From positions 43 through 64,042 of the forward strand of contig NZ_JBBNAN010000439.1 in NCBI RefSeq assembly GCF_037994405.1: a stretch of 64,000 nucleotides of DNA, read 5' to 3'. Below the pieces are notes generated by a model. The model worked only from the letters and a program-made list of their open reading frames with translations. It ran no database searches and had not been told where the DNA came from. The translations under genes were made by a program, and so were the position numbers. Shown here piece by piece: positions 61,812 through 64,000 of the stretch (position 1 is the stretch's first letter; every line of letters begins with the position of its first letter). The stretch is from Phyllobacterium sp. Its GTDB lineage: Bacteria > Pseudomonadota > Alphaproteobacteria > Rhizobiales > Rhizobiaceae.

Positions 61812-62059
61812 GGAGCACCCCTCCTCATTTTGGAATTGGCCCCCATTATCGGCGAGCCCGCAACAACTGCCTGCCCAACAGATTGGCGCAGACAGATTGG
61901 TGCTATCAAGATATAGGTATCATTTTGTCAAAAACACGGTGCATTAAGCAAGGAAACATAGTGTCACATAAACGTGAACAATCGAGTCAGGATTTACGCG
62001 TCTGTTGTTAGAATGAGCCACGACGTGATTGGTTCCGCTCGGCCTTGCAATTATTTCGC

Positions 62060-63064
62060 CTAGAAACTGGTGCTGCGAAAAGCCTCGAGCAATTCTGCCA
62101 TATCTTCTGGCATGGGTGCTTCGAAACGCAGGATATCTCCGGAAGACGGGTGCTCGAAGGCAAGAAGCCTTGCATGCAAGGCCTGCCGGTTGAAACCTTT
62201 GACAATGCTTTGCAGCGGTTCGTCGAGCTTGTTGGCCTTGGTTTTGTAGGCGCTGCCGTATTCCAGATCGCCAACGAGCGGATGGCCGATATGAGCCATA
62301 TGAACGCGAATCTGGTGGGTTCGACCCGTCTCTAGCTCGCATTCGATGAGCGAGGCCAGAGCGGTCGCGTCTTCCTTGGCGCCGAATCTCTCCTGAACTT
62401 CGAAACGAGTTACCGCGTGCCGGGCGTCGTCGCGCTCGTCATGAACGACTGCCTGCTTCGTGCGGTCGCGATGAGAGCGGCCGAGCGGAGCATCGATTGT
62501 TCCGGTTTTACGATCGGGCGTGCCCCAGACGATGGCAAGGTACGCCCGCTCCAGTTCACCGGTGCGTCCGTGATCAGCAAACTGTGCACTGAGGTGGCGA
62601 TGGGCAAGATCGTTCTTGGCCACAACCATGACGCCGCTGGTCTCCTTGTCGAGGCGATGTACGATGCCGGGGCGCTTGACCCCTCCAATACCTGACAGGG
62701 TGTCACCGCAATGATGGATCAGCGCATTGACGAGCGTGCCGGTCCAATTGCCGTTGCCAGGATGCACGACAAGACCGGCAGGCTTGTTTATGACGATCAG
62801 GTCCGAGTCCTCGTAAAGGATGTCAAGTGGGATCGCCTCGCCCTTGGGCGCTGCATCGTCGGGTTCAGGGATGGCGATCGTAATGCTGAGGCCTTCGCGC
62901 AGCTTGTGCTTGGTTTCCACAATGGTCTTGCCGTCAACGCTCACTTGGCCCTCCCCAATGAGCGCCTGAACGCGATTTCGCGACAGATCGGGGGCCAATT
63001 GGCTAGAAAGCCAGGCATCCAGCCGCTTGCCGGAAGCTTCCTTGTCGGTAATTAGCTCTTTCAA
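62060..63064 (-). CDS. rluD: RluA family 23S rRNA pseudouridine synthase (RluD-like)
   Basis: S4 domain RLDAWL, HRLDKETSG, GRTHQIRVH, RQALHA; start inferred at TTG 63064. Confidence 0.9.
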   Translation of the reverse strand: MKELITDKEASGKRLDAWLSSQLAPDLSRNRVQALIGEGQVSVDGKTIVETKHKLREGLSITIAIPEPDDAAPKGEAIPLDILYEDSDLIVINKPAGLVVHPGNGNWTGTLVNALIHHCGDTLSGIGGVKRPGIVHRLDKETSGVMVVAKNDLAHRHLSAQFADHGRTGELERAYLAIVWGTPDRKTGTIDAPLGRSHRDRTKQAVVHDERDDARHAVTRFEVQERFGAKEDATALASLIECELETGRTHQIRVHMAHIGHPLVGDLEYGSAYKTKANKLDEPLQSIVKGFNRQALHARLLAFEHPSSGDILRFEAPMPEDMAELLEAFRSTSF

Positions 63065-63118
63065 AGATCTCGTCCCTTCGCTACAGAGGCTTGATTCAAA
63101 ACCTCGGAGATGCCCTGT

Positions 63119-63517
63119 ATGGCCAATATCAATCCAGACCTGGATGGGGAAGAACAACCCCTTGATCCGGCTATGGAGCGGGTCCGCCGCAAGATGATAC
63201 GGCTTCTGGCTGTTTCCATCGGCATCATGGTGATTGGTCTTATGGCGGTGCTCGCGGCCATTGTCTACAAGATTAACCAGCCAGTGCGTGAGGTGGCTAC
63301 GCCAATCCGTTCGGAGATCCCAGGGCAGCCTCTTGGCGCTGCTTTGACAGGCGAGTCGATCACGCTTGATGCGGGCACACGAATCCTCTCGCACAATCTT
63401 TCGGACAATACGCTCTCGCTTGAAACACGGTTGGCGGACGGCACGCGGCAAATCCTTGTCTATGACGTCGCGACCAAACGTGTTGTCGCGCGGATATCGG
63501 AAGCCACGGGCAATTAG
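63119..63517 (+). CDS. Conserved hypothetical single-TM protein
   Basis: LDPAMERVRRKMIRLL followed by a TM and a small beta domain; RBS GGAG at 63106. Confidence 0.75.
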   Translation: MANINPDLDGEEQPLDPAMERVRRKMIRLLAVSIGIMVIGLMAVLAAIVYKINQPVREVATPIRSEIPGQPLGAALTGESITLDAGTRILSHNLSDNTLSLETRLADGTRQILVYDVATKRVVARISEATGN

Positions 63518-63608
63518 GTGAAGCGACGAGTACATTCAAGACGGCGGCAGCAAATCCCCATTGCGCTTTGCCGCTCGCTTGATTATACCCGCCTTATCTA
63601 CCTGCTAT

Positions 63609-63683
63609 GCGCCCATCGTCTAGCGGTCAGGACGGCGCCCTCTCACGGCGCAAACAGGGGTTCGATTCCCCTTGGGCGTACCA
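63609..63683 (+). tRNA. tRNA-Glu (anticodon CTC), CCA encoded
   Basis: Acceptor GCGCCCA/TGGGCGT, anticodon arm GCGCC-CTCTCAC-GGCGC, GGTTCGATTCC T-arm. Confidence 0.95.
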
Positions 63684-63873
63684 GTAAATTCAAACAGTTA
63701 GCGCTTCAGACCACAATCGGACCCGATAAGAGACCCGAAAAGCACTGTCGAATCGGGCCCATCCGATTGTCATTTGGATCTGCCTTTGGAGGTAACTGCC
63801 GAACGCCTACGTAGTTTACTACCAACGTCTATGCGCGAATCGCATGCAGGTCTCGGCCGTGGCGGAGGTTCGG

Positions 63874-64000
63874 ATGCCCCACCGGAAGAAGCGCCAGAAA
63901 ACGCCCCGCGAGGAACACACATTTCTCGCTATCCGCTTTGAACGTTACGAGGCGAGTGTCGAAGCTGCGGTCAATCACAATGTTTACGCGCCGCAACTCG
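63874..64000 (+). CDS. Partial hypothetical protein (MPHRKKRQKTPREEHTFLAIRFERYE...), runs off the window
   Basis: GGAGG 5 nt upstream of ATG 63874; the frame is open to the window end. Confidence 0.5.
   Translation, partial: MPHRKKRQKTPREEHTFLAIRFERYEASVEAAVNHNVYAPQL

Noticed and set aside
63065-63535. 156-aa N-terminal extension of RluD in the ORF track
   Set aside because: It is antisense to the 63119-63517 gene, and the S4 domain starts right after TTG 63064.
1-64000. CRISPR array, rRNA, prophage or integrase genes
   Set aside because: No repeat-spacer periodicity, rRNA sequence, phage structural gene or recombinase ORF was found.

Overview
Core chromosomal segment of a Hyphomicrobiales (Rhizobiales) alphaproteobacterium; gene order and sequences suggest a Phyllobacterium/Brucellaceae-like organism (inference). 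Left to right: probable IS5/IS1182-type IS end and a 213-bp MITE; ligD-ku (NHEJ); MFS/GntR; pstSCAB-phoU-phoB with tandem Pho boxes; MoxR-GNAT-VWA; 6S RNA-ygfA-ymdB-terC-bioY-DUF1284-yebC; frameshifted APC permease; mliC-like; rpmE; ABC exporter; a second 257-bp MITE; an orphan MotA/MotB-like pair with suhB, efp, Sel1 and ThiE-like genes; opgC; acyl-CoA synthetase; Rid/Lrp; a candidate CtrA-driven sRNA and rcdA; ruvCAB; a frameshifted GH5; ybgC-tolQRAB-pal-cpoB-tilS-ftsH-glmM; an OMP; serC/serA; purA; an RgsA-like gene; rpoH; rluD; and tRNA-Glu(CTC), followed by a possible island border. No CRISPR, prophage or recognisable defence system is seen. The least explained items are: (i) a yebC leader whose 15-codon Gly-Pro-stop uORF overlaps the hairpin that covers the yebC start region; (ii) a roughly 97-nt anti-SD sRNA candidate behind a perfect CtrA box; (iii) two CTAG/TAG-targeted MITEs sitting on amber stop codons; (iv) a non-flagellar MotAB-like motor. 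All calls are from reading the sequence; no searches or folding programs were run.
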